64,000 nucleotides of DNA from an uncultured delta proteobacterium (lineage in GTDB: Bacteria; Desulfobacterota; Binatia; Binatales; Binataceae), in contig CAWEEQ010000004.1 of assembly GCA_963808235.1 (NCBI GenBank), positions 2,688,001 to 2,752,000 on the forward strand, read 5' to 3'. The notes below the pieces were generated by a model that saw only the letters and a list, made by a program, of their open reading frames with translations, did not search any database and had not been told where the DNA came from. How positions within the stretch are numbered: position 1 is the first letter of the stretch; each line of letters begins with the position of its first letter. This document shows, piece after piece, positions 45,841-55,928 of the stretch. A program made the position numbers and the translations under genes.

Positions 45841-45937
45841 TAGCTTGCGCCCTCTGCATGCCATTAGTCTGCCAGGCCTTAAAAAATGGCAAGAGGCCGC
45901 GCAGAGGCATTTTCGAAAAAGTTTTACTTCTTACGTT

Positions 45938-46351
45938 TTACTGGAGAGGTGGCTCGTCGTCCGGAGGTGCAATTACCGGCGAGCCGTGATGCATCACCAC
46001 GAACCATCGCTCGCCGACTCGCTCGAAGACGTTGGTCGCGAGGACTTGCGATTTGGTGGTGCCCTCGTAGCCGCGCTGGGTGAGCACTTCCTCGACGACC
46101 ACAATCGCGAGGTCGCCGCTGATCATCACTTCCATCTCGCCGAGTTCGAACTTCATCTCGAAGGTGTTGTCGAAAATGCGCTCCCAGCTAGACATAATCG
46201 GACCCCATCCCGACAGTTTGCGCCATCCGGGATGGATACAGATGATACGCGGATCGCGCAGCCAGACGGTTTCCATTTTGTCAGCGTCGAGACTCTCGAA
46301 GGCGTCGTAGAAGGCGCGGTTGGCGGCGAGTACTGCTTCGCGGTCGGACAT
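45938..46351 (-). CDS. SnoaL/NTF2-like protein
   Basis: MSDREAVLAANRAFY.AFE..D...M..VW, CIHPGW..L.GW..I..SW, ATNVF, WF.V.HHGS. Confidence 0.85.
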   Translation of the reverse strand: MSDREAVLAANRAFYDAFESLDADKMETVWLRDPRIICIHPGWRKLSGWGPIMSSWERIFDNTFEMKFELGEMEVMISGDLAIVVVEEVLTQRGYEGTTKSQVLATNVFERVGERWFVVMHHGSPVIAPPDDEPPLQ

Positions 46352-46416
46352 GATGTCGTCCCCTGGGACCCTTAGACTAATTTTTCGGACGACTACACGC
46401 CAGCCGAGCGAAATGA

Positions 46417-47185
46417 CTAGGAATGAGGCTCGACGCCGGAGGTCTTTTCGGCGAGTCCGGCGCCAGTGGCTTGGAACCGAATCGCGTCCGCGACGAGCGC
46501 GGCGATTTTGCGCGCGGCTTCGGCGATCGGAATCCCGCCGCGATGAATATTGGAAATCACACTGCGATCCGGCTCGATCGACTTGAGCGTCGGCCGATAG
46601 ATCACGTATGCGCTCAGGCTCTCGGCAGTCGCGAGGCCGGGGCGCTCGCCGACGATCATGCATACCACGTCCGGGTGGAGGATTTGGCCAAGATGATCCT
46701 CGATTCTGACCCTTGCGTTGCGGATGAAGATTGGCTTCAGCAGATTGCATCGCGATTTCAGCGCGCGCTCGAGCGCTTTCAGCAGCGGGACGGAATTTTT
46801 TTCGAGTGCTGCGGATGAGAGCCCGTCGCCGACGCATAGGAGGACGCTCGGTTTCGGCGCCTTGCCGCGTGCCGTTCGCGTCTTCGCTGCGCAAAGATTT
46901 TTGATCCGCGCGATATCGGCGGCGGCGATACGGCGGCCGCGCTCCGGATAGCGCAGATAATCTTCTCGGGTCTGCGCTTCGGAATGCACTTCGATGAGAC
47001 CGTTGCGGCGCGCCCAATCGCGCGGAATCTCGGTCATGACCGCGTCGACGGCGCGCGCATGATCGGCACGCAGAGAGAGCATCGCGTCCGTGGTGTAACG
47101 CGGACCGGCGCGCCCGACGCCGAGCCGCGCGGGCGTCGCGCGAACGCATCGCGTCGAAATCGGTTTTGCTCGTCGACGAATTCAT
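46417..47185 (-). CDS. eutC: Ethanolamine ammonia-lyase light chain (1-nt insertion near 47146; possibly fused to EutB)
   Basis: TPARLGVGRAG, RADHARAVDAV, R..YL.YP..GRR, GDGLSS.A, GERPGL.TAESLSAY, RSVISNI. Confidence 0.85.
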
Positions 47186-48541
47186 CAGCATACGCGCATC
47201 ACCAGCGTGCGCGGTGAGACGGCCCTCGTTCAGAAGCCCGCGCTGCTCGCACCATGCTTCAAACTCGGGCGCGGGACGCATGTGGAGCGCGGCGCGAAGC
47301 GCGGACGCGTCGTGATAGCTGGTCGATTGATAGGAGAGCATCACGTCGTCACCCATCGGCACCGCCATGAAGTAGTTGCATCCGGCGGTTGCCAACAGCA
47401 CCGCGATATTTTCGCAGTCGTTCTGATCGGCGCGAGCGTGATTTGTGTAGCAGGCGTCGGCACCGTGAGGGACGCCGAGGATTTTGCCCATCAGATGATC
47501 CTCGAGTCCGGCACGGATGATCTGTTTGGCGTCGTAGAGGTATTCGGGACCGATGAACCCGACCACGGTGTTGACCAGCAACGGCGAGTAGCGGCGCGCA
47601 AGCCCGTAGCATCGCGCCTCCAAGGTGACCTGGTCGCTGTCTTCGTGCGCGCCGGCGGAGAGTTCACTGCCCTGCCCGGTTTCGAAGTACATCAGGTTGG
47701 GCGAGCGCAGCCGCCCGGTCTCGCGAATCATCGCGTAGCCCTCATCGAGCATCGCGACCGTGATTCCGAATCCGGCGTTGCCCTTCTCGGTGCCCGCGAG
47801 GCTCTGGAACATGATGTCCATCGGTGCGCCGCTTTCGAGCGCGCGCATCTGGGTGCTGATATGGCCCAGCACGCAGTTCTGAGTCGGCGCGCCGGTGCGC
47901 TCGATGATATCGGTGGTGAGATCGAGCAGGCGGCGGATGTTTTCGGGAGTGTCGATACACGGATTGATCCCGATGAGCGCGTCGCCGGTCGCGTAGGCAA
48001 GGCCTTCGTAGGTTGCAGCAGCGATGCCGTCCAAATCGTCGCGCGGATGGTTGGGCTGCAGCCGCGTGGAGAGCCGTCCGGCAAGGCCAAGCGTGGTGCG
48101 CGCCTTGGTCACGACGCGAATCTTTGCGGCGATCGTGATCAAGTCGAGATTGGTCGACAGCTTGGCGACAGCGGCGGCGATCTCGGCGCTGATTCCGCGG
48201 CCGGCCGCGAGGATAGCATCGCCGCTGGTCGTGTCGTCGAGTAGCCACTGGCGAAACTCGCCGACGGTGTTGTTGCGGACGCGGGCGAAGGCGTCTCGAT
48301 CCAGCGCGTCGTCGATAACGCGGGTCACCTCGTCGCGATCGTAGGGCACCACCGGATTTTCGCGCAGATCGTTAAGCGTCAAGTCGGCAAGCACGGTCTT
48401 GGCGGCGATACGCTCTTTCTCGGAGGTCGCCGCGATGCCCGCGAGCTCGTCGCCGGAGCGCGCTTCGTTGGCGCGCGCGAGCAATTCCCTGATCGAGCGG
48501 AAACGATAAGTGGCACCGAACAGGTGCGTTGAGAGTTTCAT
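47186..48541 (-). CDS. eutB: Ethanolamine ammonia-lyase heavy chain (no stop before eutC)
   Basis: RSGDELAG, RLQPNHP.DD, GDA.IGINP, PTQNCVL.H, MYFETGQGS, NTVVGFIGPEY, RAGLEDH, CYTNH, YQSTSYHD. Confidence 0.93.
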
Positions 48542-48927
48542 TGCGTGTTCAGTCGCGCACCGTGGAAATGAAACACGCGAACGGCGCTGATGAGGTCGCC
48601 GCGCCATTCGATCAGTTCGAGCACGTGCGCCGGGTTTGCGCCGTCGACATTGGAATGGCGCCGGTATTCGACCGCGGCGCGATCCTCAGCTTCGGTCACG
48701 GAAATGATCGCGAAGTGCAGCTCGGTGAAGCGAGCGAGGCCGCGGCGCGCATACACGGCGATTTCGTGGCGGCCGTGAAGAGCGAGTCTCCCGAGCTCGG
48801 GATAGATCTGCGCGATCAGCGCGCTCTCGTGGATCGCGTCGGGGGCATAGAGCGCGGCGACCGCAGCCGCATCGCGGCTTTCCCATGCGGATTTCCATTT
48901 TTCGACGCGTGCACTTGCGGTGGGCAT
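48538..48927 (-). CDS. SnoaL-like domain protein
   Basis: W..AW...D...V.ALYAPDA..ES, GR.EI..Y; 4-nt overlap with the eutB start. Confidence 0.75.
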   Translation of the reverse strand: MPTASARVEKWKSAWESRDAAAVAALYAPDAIHESALIAQIYPELGRLALHGRHEIAVYARRGLARFTELHFAIISVTEAEDRAAVEYRRHSNVDGANPAHVLELIEWRGDLISAVRVFHFHGARLNTQ

Positions 48928-49030
48928 AGCCACAAACTAACGCGGAGCGATGAAGAGGGGAAATGGTTGCGCCGAGCTATCATAGAGATCGCCGATCGCG
49001 CGGTGGCGCTACCGAGTCCGGCTCGTCCGT

Positions 49031-51955
49031 CTAATTCGACAGGCCCTTGATCTTCACCTTCTTCGGCTTCTTCTGCTTCGGATCATTACTGGTGATCAGG
49101 ATCTGATCGCGGATAGATCCCTTCTTGGTCGGCGAGAAAACAATGGTCACGTTGTGCAAACCACCCGGGCCGATCACGATCCCGCTCCCTCCGCCAAGCT
49201 CCGTCATGGGCGGGCTATGTCTCGGCGCTGTGACATTGGCGGTCAGCGGTCCCGTGCCGATATTGCTAATTGTGATGCTTCCCGACGCGCTTGCGTTTGG
49301 CGCGGCTTTCAAGCTCAAGAGTTTCCCGCTCACCGAGATCTGCCCGGGACCCGTAGCTGTTGCCGTTGCGGTCGGAGTCGGGGTAGCCGTCGCCGTTGCC
49401 GTCGGCGTTGCGGTCGAAGTCGGCGTCGCCGTCGCGGTTGGAGTTGGGGGCGAAACCGTCAGAGGATGATCATACGCCATCACTCGATTGTTCTGGTTGT
49501 CCGCCACGTAGAGACTGCCCGAGCTGTCCAGCGCGACTCCGATTGGGTCTTTCAGGCTGTTGGAGCTGACCTCAGTGCATGCAGACGACGTGAAACTGCC
49601 GCACGTGCCAAAGACCTTGTCGGCGGTCTTGTCGGTGGCACCCGGCGGGCCGCTGTACTCCAGCACCCGGTCGTTGCTGCCATCGGCGATGTAGAGGTTG
49701 CCCGACTGGTCCACGGCAACTCCGGTTGGAAGGCACAGGCTGTTGGCGCCGATTCCGCCGTTATTGCATTTTCTCGCGGTGAAGCTCCCGCCCTGGCCAA
49801 AGACCGCATCCGCGGCGGTGTCGCCGGCGCCGGTTTCGCCGCTGGTCGCATTGAGCGGGGTGTTGTACTGCAACACTCGGCTGTTACCGAAATCCGCCAC
49901 GTAAAGGTTGCCCGACACGTCCAGCGCGACTCCCACTGGAAGGCACAGACTGCTGGCGCCTAGCCCGCCGTTATTGCAACCCCCGCCCTGGCCAAAGACC
50001 AAATCGGCGGTGGAGTCACCGGCTCCACTTTCGCCGCTGCTCGCATTGAGCGGCGTGTTGTACTCCACTACCCGCTGGTTTTCTTCATCGGCCACGTAGA
50101 GGTTTCCCGATCCGTCCAATGCGACCCCAGATGGAAAGCACAGGTCGATGGTGGTGGGTGTGGTGACAATAGGTGGAATGTCGAAATTGCACGCATTCGA
50201 TGTAAAGCTACCGCCCTGCCCAAAGACTTGGCTCGCGCTGGCGCCGATACTCAGCGGGGCGCTGTACTCGAGCACTCGGCTGTTGCTGGAATCGGCCACG
50301 TAGAGGTTGCCCAACCCATCCACCGCGACCCCCTCCGGAAAGCACAGGCTGCTGGCGCTGACCGCTGTGCCACTGGCGCCGTTGCAAAAATAGGAGATGA
50401 AATCGGGCTGCCCAATCACCAGGTCGGCAGGCGCGCCGTTGGTGAACGAGGCAGCATCGTTCCAGCCCAAGACTCGGCTGTTGGAGTAGTCCGCGACATA
50501 GACTCGATTCGGCGAGACGCTGGTATCAATCGCCACTGCCCTGGGACCGAACAGCCCTTGCGCGTCGGTCAAGTTTTCAAACTGATGGGTGAAATCCAGC
50601 TGGCCAAGCACCAGGTCGGCAGTCGTGTCGGTGGACAGCGGAGTCTTGTACTCCAGCACCCGGCTGTTGGTAGCGTCCGCCACGAAAAGATTGCCTGACT
50701 TGTCCGGCGCAACTCCGACCGGGACGCATAAGTCGTCGGCCGTGCTGCCAGACACGTCGCTGCCGGGAAGCTCAATGTCGAAATTGCATATATTAGAGGT
50801 GAAGTCTCCGCCCTGGCCAAAGACTGCATCGGCGACGGTGTCAGTGGTCAGCGGGGTGTTGTACTCCAGCACCCGGCTGTTGCTCGCATCCGCAACGTAG
50901 AGGTTGCCCGACTCATCCACTGCGAGACCCGCCGGATCGCACAGGTCGCTGGCGGTGGAAGTGGTACCGCCGGTGTCGCCATTGCATGCATCCGAGGTGA
51001 AGCTTCCGCCCTGGCCGAAGACCTTATTGGCACTGCTCGCGGTGCTGAACGGAGCGTTGTACTCGAGCACTCGCTCATTGACGGAATCCACCACGTACAA
51101 GTTGCCCGACCCGTCCACCGCGACTCCGGTTGGATCGCACAAGTCCTTGGCGGTGGGATTACCTCCCGCTGTGTCGGAATTGCATCCGCTCGAAGTGAAG
51201 TCTCCACCCTGACCAAAGACAGTATCGGCAATGGTGTCGGTGCTTAGCGGAGTGTCGTACTGCAATACCCGGTCGTTGGAAGAATCCGCCACGAAAAGGT
51301 TGCCCGACTTATCCACTGCGACTCCGGTTGGATCGCACAAGTCGATGGCGGTGGAATCGCTGCCGCCGGTGTCGCTATCGCATCCCGCCGACGTGAAACT
51401 CCCGTCCTGTCCAAAAACCAGGTGCGCCGGACCTCCCACGCACGGGAAAGTGTTGCTGCAGGCCAAAAACGGATTGGTATACTCCAGCACTCGGCCGTTA
51501 CCTAAATCCGCGACGTAGAGGTTGCCCGACCCGTCCACCGCGACTCCAGTTGGAGTGCAGAGGCTGAGGGCGCTGGCATCGCCGCACTCGGAGGAGATGA
51601 AATCGGGCTGCCCGATCACCAAGTCGGCAGGAGCGCCGTTGCTGAAATTGGCGGCGTCTTTCCATCCCAGCACCCGGTTGTTTTCGGCATCCGCAACGTA
51701 AACTCGGGTTGGCAAGGCGCTCGCGTCGATCGCGACAGCATCAGGACTGAAAAAACCCTTGGCGTCCACCAGGTTGGCCGCCCGATGCGTGAAGTCGAAC
51801 TGCCCCAGCACTCGGTCAGCGGTACTGCCGCTTGCGAGCACTATCGGCGCAGACAGCGCGATCGCGATCACAATTCGGCACGTCTGCAGATACCATTTTC
51901 GCAGGCGTCCAGATTGCGAATTTATCACTCGTCCTCCAGCGATTTCGCGCAACAA
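49031..51955 (-). CDS. NHL-repeat beta-propeller surface protein with Pro/Thr linker and C-terminal Ig-like domain
   Basis: About 11 repeats of LC.P.GVA.D.SGNLYVAD..N.RVLEY...AD.VFGQ; PTPTATATP linker; ISNIGTG.L...F.P...I.SNDP; start uncertain. Confidence 0.85.
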   Translation of the reverse strand: MLREIAGGRVINSQSGRLRKWYLQTCRIVIAIALSAPIVLASGSTADRVLGQFDFTHRAANLVDAKGFFSPDAVAIDASALPTRVYVADAENNRVLGWKDAANFSNGAPADLVIGQPDFISSECGDASALSLCTPTGVAVDGSGNLYVADLGNGRVLEYTNPFLACSNTFPCVGGPAHLVFGQDGSFTSAGCDSDTGGSDSTAIDLCDPTGVAVDKSGNLFVADSSNDRVLQYDTPLSTDTIADTVFGQGGDFTSSGCNSDTAGGNPTAKDLCDPTGVAVDGSGNLYVVDSVNERVLEYNAPFSTASSANKVFGQGGSFTSDACNGDTGGTTSTASDLCDPAGLAVDESGNLYVADASNSRVLEYNTPLTTDTVADAVFGQGGDFTSNICNFDIELPGSDVSGSTADDLCVPVGVAPDKSGNLFVADATNSRVLEYKTPLSTDTTADLVLGQLDFTHQFENLTDAQGLFGPRAVAIDTSVSPNRVYVADYSNSRVLGWNDAASFTNGAPADLVIGQPDFISYFCNGASGTAVSASSLCFPEGVAVDGLGNLYVADSSNSRVLEYSAPLSIGASASQVFGQGGSFTSNACNFDIPPIVTTPTTIDLCFPSGVALDGSGNLYVADEENQRVVEYNTPLNASSGESGAGDSTADLVFGQGGGCNNGGLGASSLCLPVGVALDVSGNLYVADFGNSRVLQYNTPLNATSGETGAGDTAADAVFGQGGSFTARKCNNGGIGANSLCLPTGVAVDQSGNLYIADGSNDRVLEYSGPPGATDKTADKVFGTCGSFTSSACTEVSSNSLKDPIGVALDSSGSLYVADNQNNRVMAYDHPLTVSPPTPTATATPTSTATPTATATATPTPTATATATGPGQISVSGKLLSLKAAPNASASGSITISNIGTGPLTANVTAPRHSPPMTELGGGSGIVIGPGGLHNVTIVFSPTKKGSIRDQILITSNDPKQKKPKKVKIKGLSN
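49350..49460 (-). repeat. Pro/Thr/Ala low-complexity linker repeats
   Basis: PPTPTATATPTSTATPTATATATPTPTATATAT. Confidence 0.8.
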
Positions 51956-52177
51956 CCCAAGTCCCCCTCGGGTGGGCGGAGTAGCAACATATAACGCGGA
52001 GACAGGTCAAGCCAGATGATTCTTTCAGGCCACCGGCGAGTGGAAATGGTTCTTGCGTGCGGCACATTTTTGCCGCCTCGATGACCGATTCCCGCCTTTG
52101 GGCATCAGCCGCTGGATCTGACGGGTCACGGCGATCGTCGAGGAGTGCCTCGTCCGGCTCTGCCGCGGCACATGGAA

Positions 52178-52479
52178 TGTTCAAGAACCTGCCCTACCAG
52201 CTTGAAGTCGCCGAGAACGGCCTTCTCGCTATCGATAAGTTCAAGGCCTCGCCGCACGACCTCGTGCTGATGGACGTGCGGATGCCAGAGATGGATGGGC
52301 TGACTGCGACCCGCGCGCTACGCGTTTGGGAGCACGAGCGCGGACTTGCCCGCACCCCGGTTGGAATCCAGCTACCAGTCACCAATGTCGCCGAGAAAAA
52401 CCAGCAGGTCGCGGTGATGGGATCCTTCATAATTTTTTTGGACCAGATGAGTCCGCGCTTCGGCTGGTCGCCGTTTTAG
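52178..52479 (+). pseudogene. Truncated response-regulator receiver fragment
   Basis: AENG..A......DLVLMDVRMPEMDGLTATR.LR, then diverges; no N-terminal acidic pocket and no T/K-P motif. Confidence 0.6.
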
Positions 52480-52675
52480 CTTCAACGCAAGCTTCCACAG
52501 TTGCCGCGAAATACATGCCGGCTGGATGGATCATTCGCGCTCGTAGTGGTTTACATAGATCCGAACACTCATTATTCTCACCTGCCGAACAACCGGTAGG
52601 CTGCTGAAATGAGGTGGTGGAAGGGGAACGACAGGCTCACTTTGCGCCTTCGAGGAATCTCGTTAAAACGCAAAC

Positions 52676-53332
52676 ATGCCAAAACGACTGCGGAAAACCA
52701 AACTGAAAGTCGTGCGCAGCAGACGCACGAGTCACGCCATCTCCGATACTTATGACCAGATTCTCGCCGTCGCCGAGCAAGAGTTCGCCAACTCGGGGTA
52801 CAACGGCACCTCGCTCGAGGTGATCGCGCGCCGCACCGGCATCCGCAAGGCGTCGCTGTTTCATCACTTCAACAGCAAGCGCAAGATTTTCGACGCGGTC
52901 GTCCGCCGGATTTTCGATCAGCTCGTCTCCATCGGGCGCGAGACCGCTCAAATCGAGAATCCGAGAGAGCACCTGCTCGCGATCGTCGCCCGCCTGCACG
53001 ATTTCATCGCGAGCCATCCGAACCACGCGCGCCTGTTGATGCATCGGGTGCTTGAAGACCCCGCCAGCGTGCGCCGATCATCCGAGGTGTTCATCAAGCC
53101 GCTGGTTATCGAGATGGCGCAACTGGTCGTCCGCGGCGCCGAGATGGGAGTCATCCGCAACAGCGACGGTCCGATAAGTCTGACCCTTACCGCGCTTGCG
53201 ATACCGATCCTTCCGTACTCTTTTGCGCCGGTGGTCGAAGCCTGCACCGGCATCGAGGTGTTCTCGCCCGACAGTATCGCGATCATACGAAGTCAAGTGT
53301 TGCGCCGGATGGAGATACTCCTCAGTCCGTAG
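52676..53332 (+). CDS. TetR/AcrR family transcriptional regulator
   Basis: IL.VA..EFA..GY.GTSL..IA...GI.KASLFHHF.SK. Confidence 0.9.
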   Translation: MPKRLRKTKLKVVRSRRTSHAISDTYDQILAVAEQEFANSGYNGTSLEVIARRTGIRKASLFHHFNSKRKIFDAVVRRIFDQLVSIGRETAQIENPREHLLAIVARLHDFIASHPNHARLLMHRVLEDPASVRRSSEVFIKPLVIEMAQLVVRGAEMGVIRNSDGPISLTLTALAIPILPYSFAPVVEACTGIEVFSPDSIAIIRSQVLRRMEILLSP

Positions 53333-53423
53333 CTGGACAGTCAGGGTCGCGTGCGGCGGAGGCGGACTCGCAATCAAGTTGCGCCCCGCAGCCAACTCCC
53401 GGCAGCTGCGTTTTGCGCTTCGT

Positions 53424-53452
53424 TTGACTTTCGCTGCAACCGGAATTATTGT
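53424..53452 (+). promoter_or_regulatory. Sigma70-like promoter
   Basis: TTGACT-N17-TATTGT, about 140 nt upstream of ATG 53593. Confidence 0.45.
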
Positions 53453-53592
53453 CCCTCGCCGAAACTACCGGTCGGTAGGTAGGACTTCCGGTGGTTTCGA
53501 CAATCCAGCCTTCGACAAGCACTGAATCTGAGAGGTCGAAACTGTCAGGAAAGTCAAAGTTCGGTATCCACGGTTAGCTTAGGGAGGGACGT

Positions 53593-54798
53593 ATGAAAAG
53601 GCAGCTTCTGTTCCTAGTCGTGTCTTGCGGCCTGGCATTGATGACGGCGCCCAACGCGAGTGCGGCCAAGCCGGCCAAGGCACCTGGCTTTTGCGGAAAC
53701 AACTACGCGATGCTGATGACGGGAGACGAACCCAACCCCAATTCCGCCACCGGATCGGGGAACACGGACGGGCCAGGCGGATTTCCCGGAGCGCTCACCG
53801 CCATCGTTGGCGTTGGAGTCATCCAGTTCTCTGCGGGTTGTACTTCAATCAAGGGAGAATTGATCTACAACGACGGCGACATCCAATTCACCGGGAACGG
53901 AACCGGGGTCGGCTTCTTTGCCGGCCCGGCGGCCTGCTACACGGCAGAATCGATATTGGGCGGCGTCGGTTTGCCGTGCTTCGACGGCGGCAACCACTTC
54001 ACCGCCGGAAGTGTCACAACCGCGGGAGAGCCGCCCGGGATGGCGCTGCTGCAATTCACCGCCAACTTCAACTACTTCAACTTGAGCGTCGGCAGCCCAG
54101 CGGGCAGCTTGCCCTTCGCATTCACAATTCATGAGACGACCGGCGACTCCATCCTGGTTGGGAATACGGTTCCGACACCGACTGCACCGGTTCTGACTTT
54201 GACGATGGAGGAGCAGTCGCCGATTGGATCGTTGAACCCGGTCCCCACCACGCTTGGCAAGGTTCCGTACCTGGGCAATTCAGCAATCACTTGCACTGGT
54301 TACGGTGCCGACGATGACGACCTGATCGCCCGGATCGCCAATTCGCAGTCTGGAGGAGTCACGGGAAGCTACGGCACCGCGGTGGGAACGGTGGATATCC
54401 TGTCGAACGGCCAGGCCAACGGAATCTTGAGCTTCAACAGCAATGATAACCTCCAGGTCAGCGGGTTCACGGGACCTCCGTCCAACAACACGGCCTGCGC
54501 ATTCTCGGAGACCCTTGATCCTTTCGATGGACCAGCCGCATTTGCAGACGGCACGAGCAATCTTTTGAGCACCATCACCAGTCCTGCCAGCGATCCGACC
54601 TGCACCAACGCCGCGAACGCTGGTGGCGGATTCACAACCAGCGAGGTGGCGTGGGGCCCGTTCGATAGTAACTCCTATGCGACGGTGACCGGTCTTACTG
54701 AAACGGTTTTCCCATTCATTCCGCCGGGCGAGATGTCAACTTGCACCCATCTCGCTGATTCAGCACAACCCAACGGGAACCATGGAAATGGTAAGTAA
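53593..54798 (+). CDS. Secreted Gly/Thr/Ser-rich hypothetical protein with several Cys
   Basis: Signal peptide (..NASA), beta-rich composition, GGGAGGG RBS. Confidence 0.7.
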   Translation: MKRQLLFLVVSCGLALMTAPNASAAKPAKAPGFCGNNYAMLMTGDEPNPNSATGSGNTDGPGGFPGALTAIVGVGVIQFSAGCTSIKGELIYNDGDIQFTGNGTGVGFFAGPAACYTAESILGGVGLPCFDGGNHFTAGSVTTAGEPPGMALLQFTANFNYFNLSVGSPAGSLPFAFTIHETTGDSILVGNTVPTPTAPVLTLTMEEQSPIGSLNPVPTTLGKVPYLGNSAITCTGYGADDDDLIARIANSQSGGVTGSYGTAVGTVDILSNGQANGILSFNSNDNLQVSGFTGPPSNNTACAFSETLDPFDGPAAFADGTSNLLSTITSPASDPTCTNAANAGGGFTTSEVAWGPFDSNSYATVTGLTETVFPFIPPGEMSTCTHLADSAQPNGNHGNGK

Positions 54799-55094
54799 CA
54801 CCCATCCAGTTGGCTGCGGCTAACCTCCACACTCGCCACCGTCACCCTAACCGGTGACGGCGGCCGAGCCGGGGAAAAATTGCGCAATCAGCGCACTCTC
54901 CAGGTCGCATCGCGAGCGTAGTGCTGCGACGGTGGCCGGCTCGCGCCTCTGACATGCGAATTTCCAGCCTTCACGCTTGCTCTCACGCGGGCATAGCGAG
55001 TCTTCAGGAAGAGTCATTATCGCTGGCGGCGGCCTGTGGTACATTGCGCCCACGACCGCGATTGGCTCAGGTCGCTCCGGAGGGACTCCAAGAA

Positions 55095-55928
55095 ATGAAT
55101 TTCCTGCTCTATTGTGGAGCGGCCACCCAAATCATATTCGTGATTGTAGCGTTCGGCGGCGGCAGCGTGGCGGGTCTCTGCGTCGTAAGAAAACTGGTCC
55201 CGCTGGACCGGCTGCAAAAGAACCACGAAGTAGCGGGCGTGACGTTCGGAGTGTTGGGCGCCTTCTACGGCCTGGTCCTTGCCTTCGTTATTGTGGCCGC
55301 GTGGGAGCGGTTCAATCAGGCTAATACCGACGCGCTCCAGGAGGCGACGGCGTTGGAAAGCCTCTACAAACTCGGCGCGGCCTTTCCCGACCCGATGCGC
55401 TCGCAGCTAGATTCGGTCGTCCTTCAGTACGCGCATCGAGTGATCGACGAGGAATGGCCGCGGATGGCCGACAACACTTTTAATGGCGGAAAAGTCGGCG
55501 CTCACGAGCTGTGGGCGACGGTGCTCGGATATCACACTGCCGACAGCCGCGAGCAAATGCTGCTCGACAAGTCGATCGATGAGCTCGACCGCATCAGTGC
55601 GGCCCGCAGCCAGCGGTTTCTCTTTTACGAAGACGATCTGCCATCGGTAGTGTGGATGGTGATCTACCTCGGATGCCTGATGACGATCGGTTTCAGCTAC
55701 TTCTTCGGCAGCAACGTATTTCGCGCGCAGGTGATGATGTGCGGGTTCTTTTCGATCCTGCTCGGCATGACGATTCTGGCCATTCTGGAACTAGCCCACC
55801 CGTACCAGGGAGTAGTAACAATCTCCAACCAACCCTTCCGCTACGCGCTCTCGCGAATGGAAGCGGCTGGCAGCTACAGGATGGCGCAAGCTGTCTCGCC
55901 GACGAATAACGAAGGTCCAGGTAAATGA
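55095..55928 (+). CDS. DUF4239-like membrane protein
   Basis: FGVLG.FYGLVLAFVIVAAWE, EA.AL, Y...VI..EWP.M, AR..R, L.HPY.G. Confidence 0.75.
   Translation: MNFLLYCGAATQIIFVIVAFGGGSVAGLCVVRKLVPLDRLQKNHEVAGVTFGVLGAFYGLVLAFVIVAAWERFNQANTDALQEATALESLYKLGAAFPDPMRSQLDSVVLQYAHRVIDEEWPRMADNTFNGGKVGAHELWATVLGYHTADSREQMLLDKSIDELDRISAARSQRFLFYEDDLPSVVWMVIYLGCLMTIGFSYFFGSNVFRAQVMMCGFFSILLGMTILAILELAHPYQGVVTISNQPFRYALSRMEAAGSYRMAQAVSPTNNEGPGK

Noticed and set aside
45938-48607. 889-aa EutB-SnoaL mega-fusion in the ORF track
   Set aside because: The middle section is out-of-frame eutC read after a 1-nt insertion; the SnoaL gene has its own ATG at 46351
48934-49030. Cobalamin riboswitch before eutB
   Set aside because: No B12-box visible and the gap is under 100 nt
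49500-51800. Regularly spaced DNA repeats resembling an array
   Set aside because: Degenerate, in-frame NHL protein repeats; not CRISPR
53500-53560. Glycine or c-di-GMP riboswitch similarity (AAACTGTCAGG)
   Set aside because: Other conserved core elements are absent; kept only as an unknown structured leader
54835-54864. Hairpin after the secreted-protein gene as a terminator
   Set aside because: Stem present but no U-tract on the coding strand
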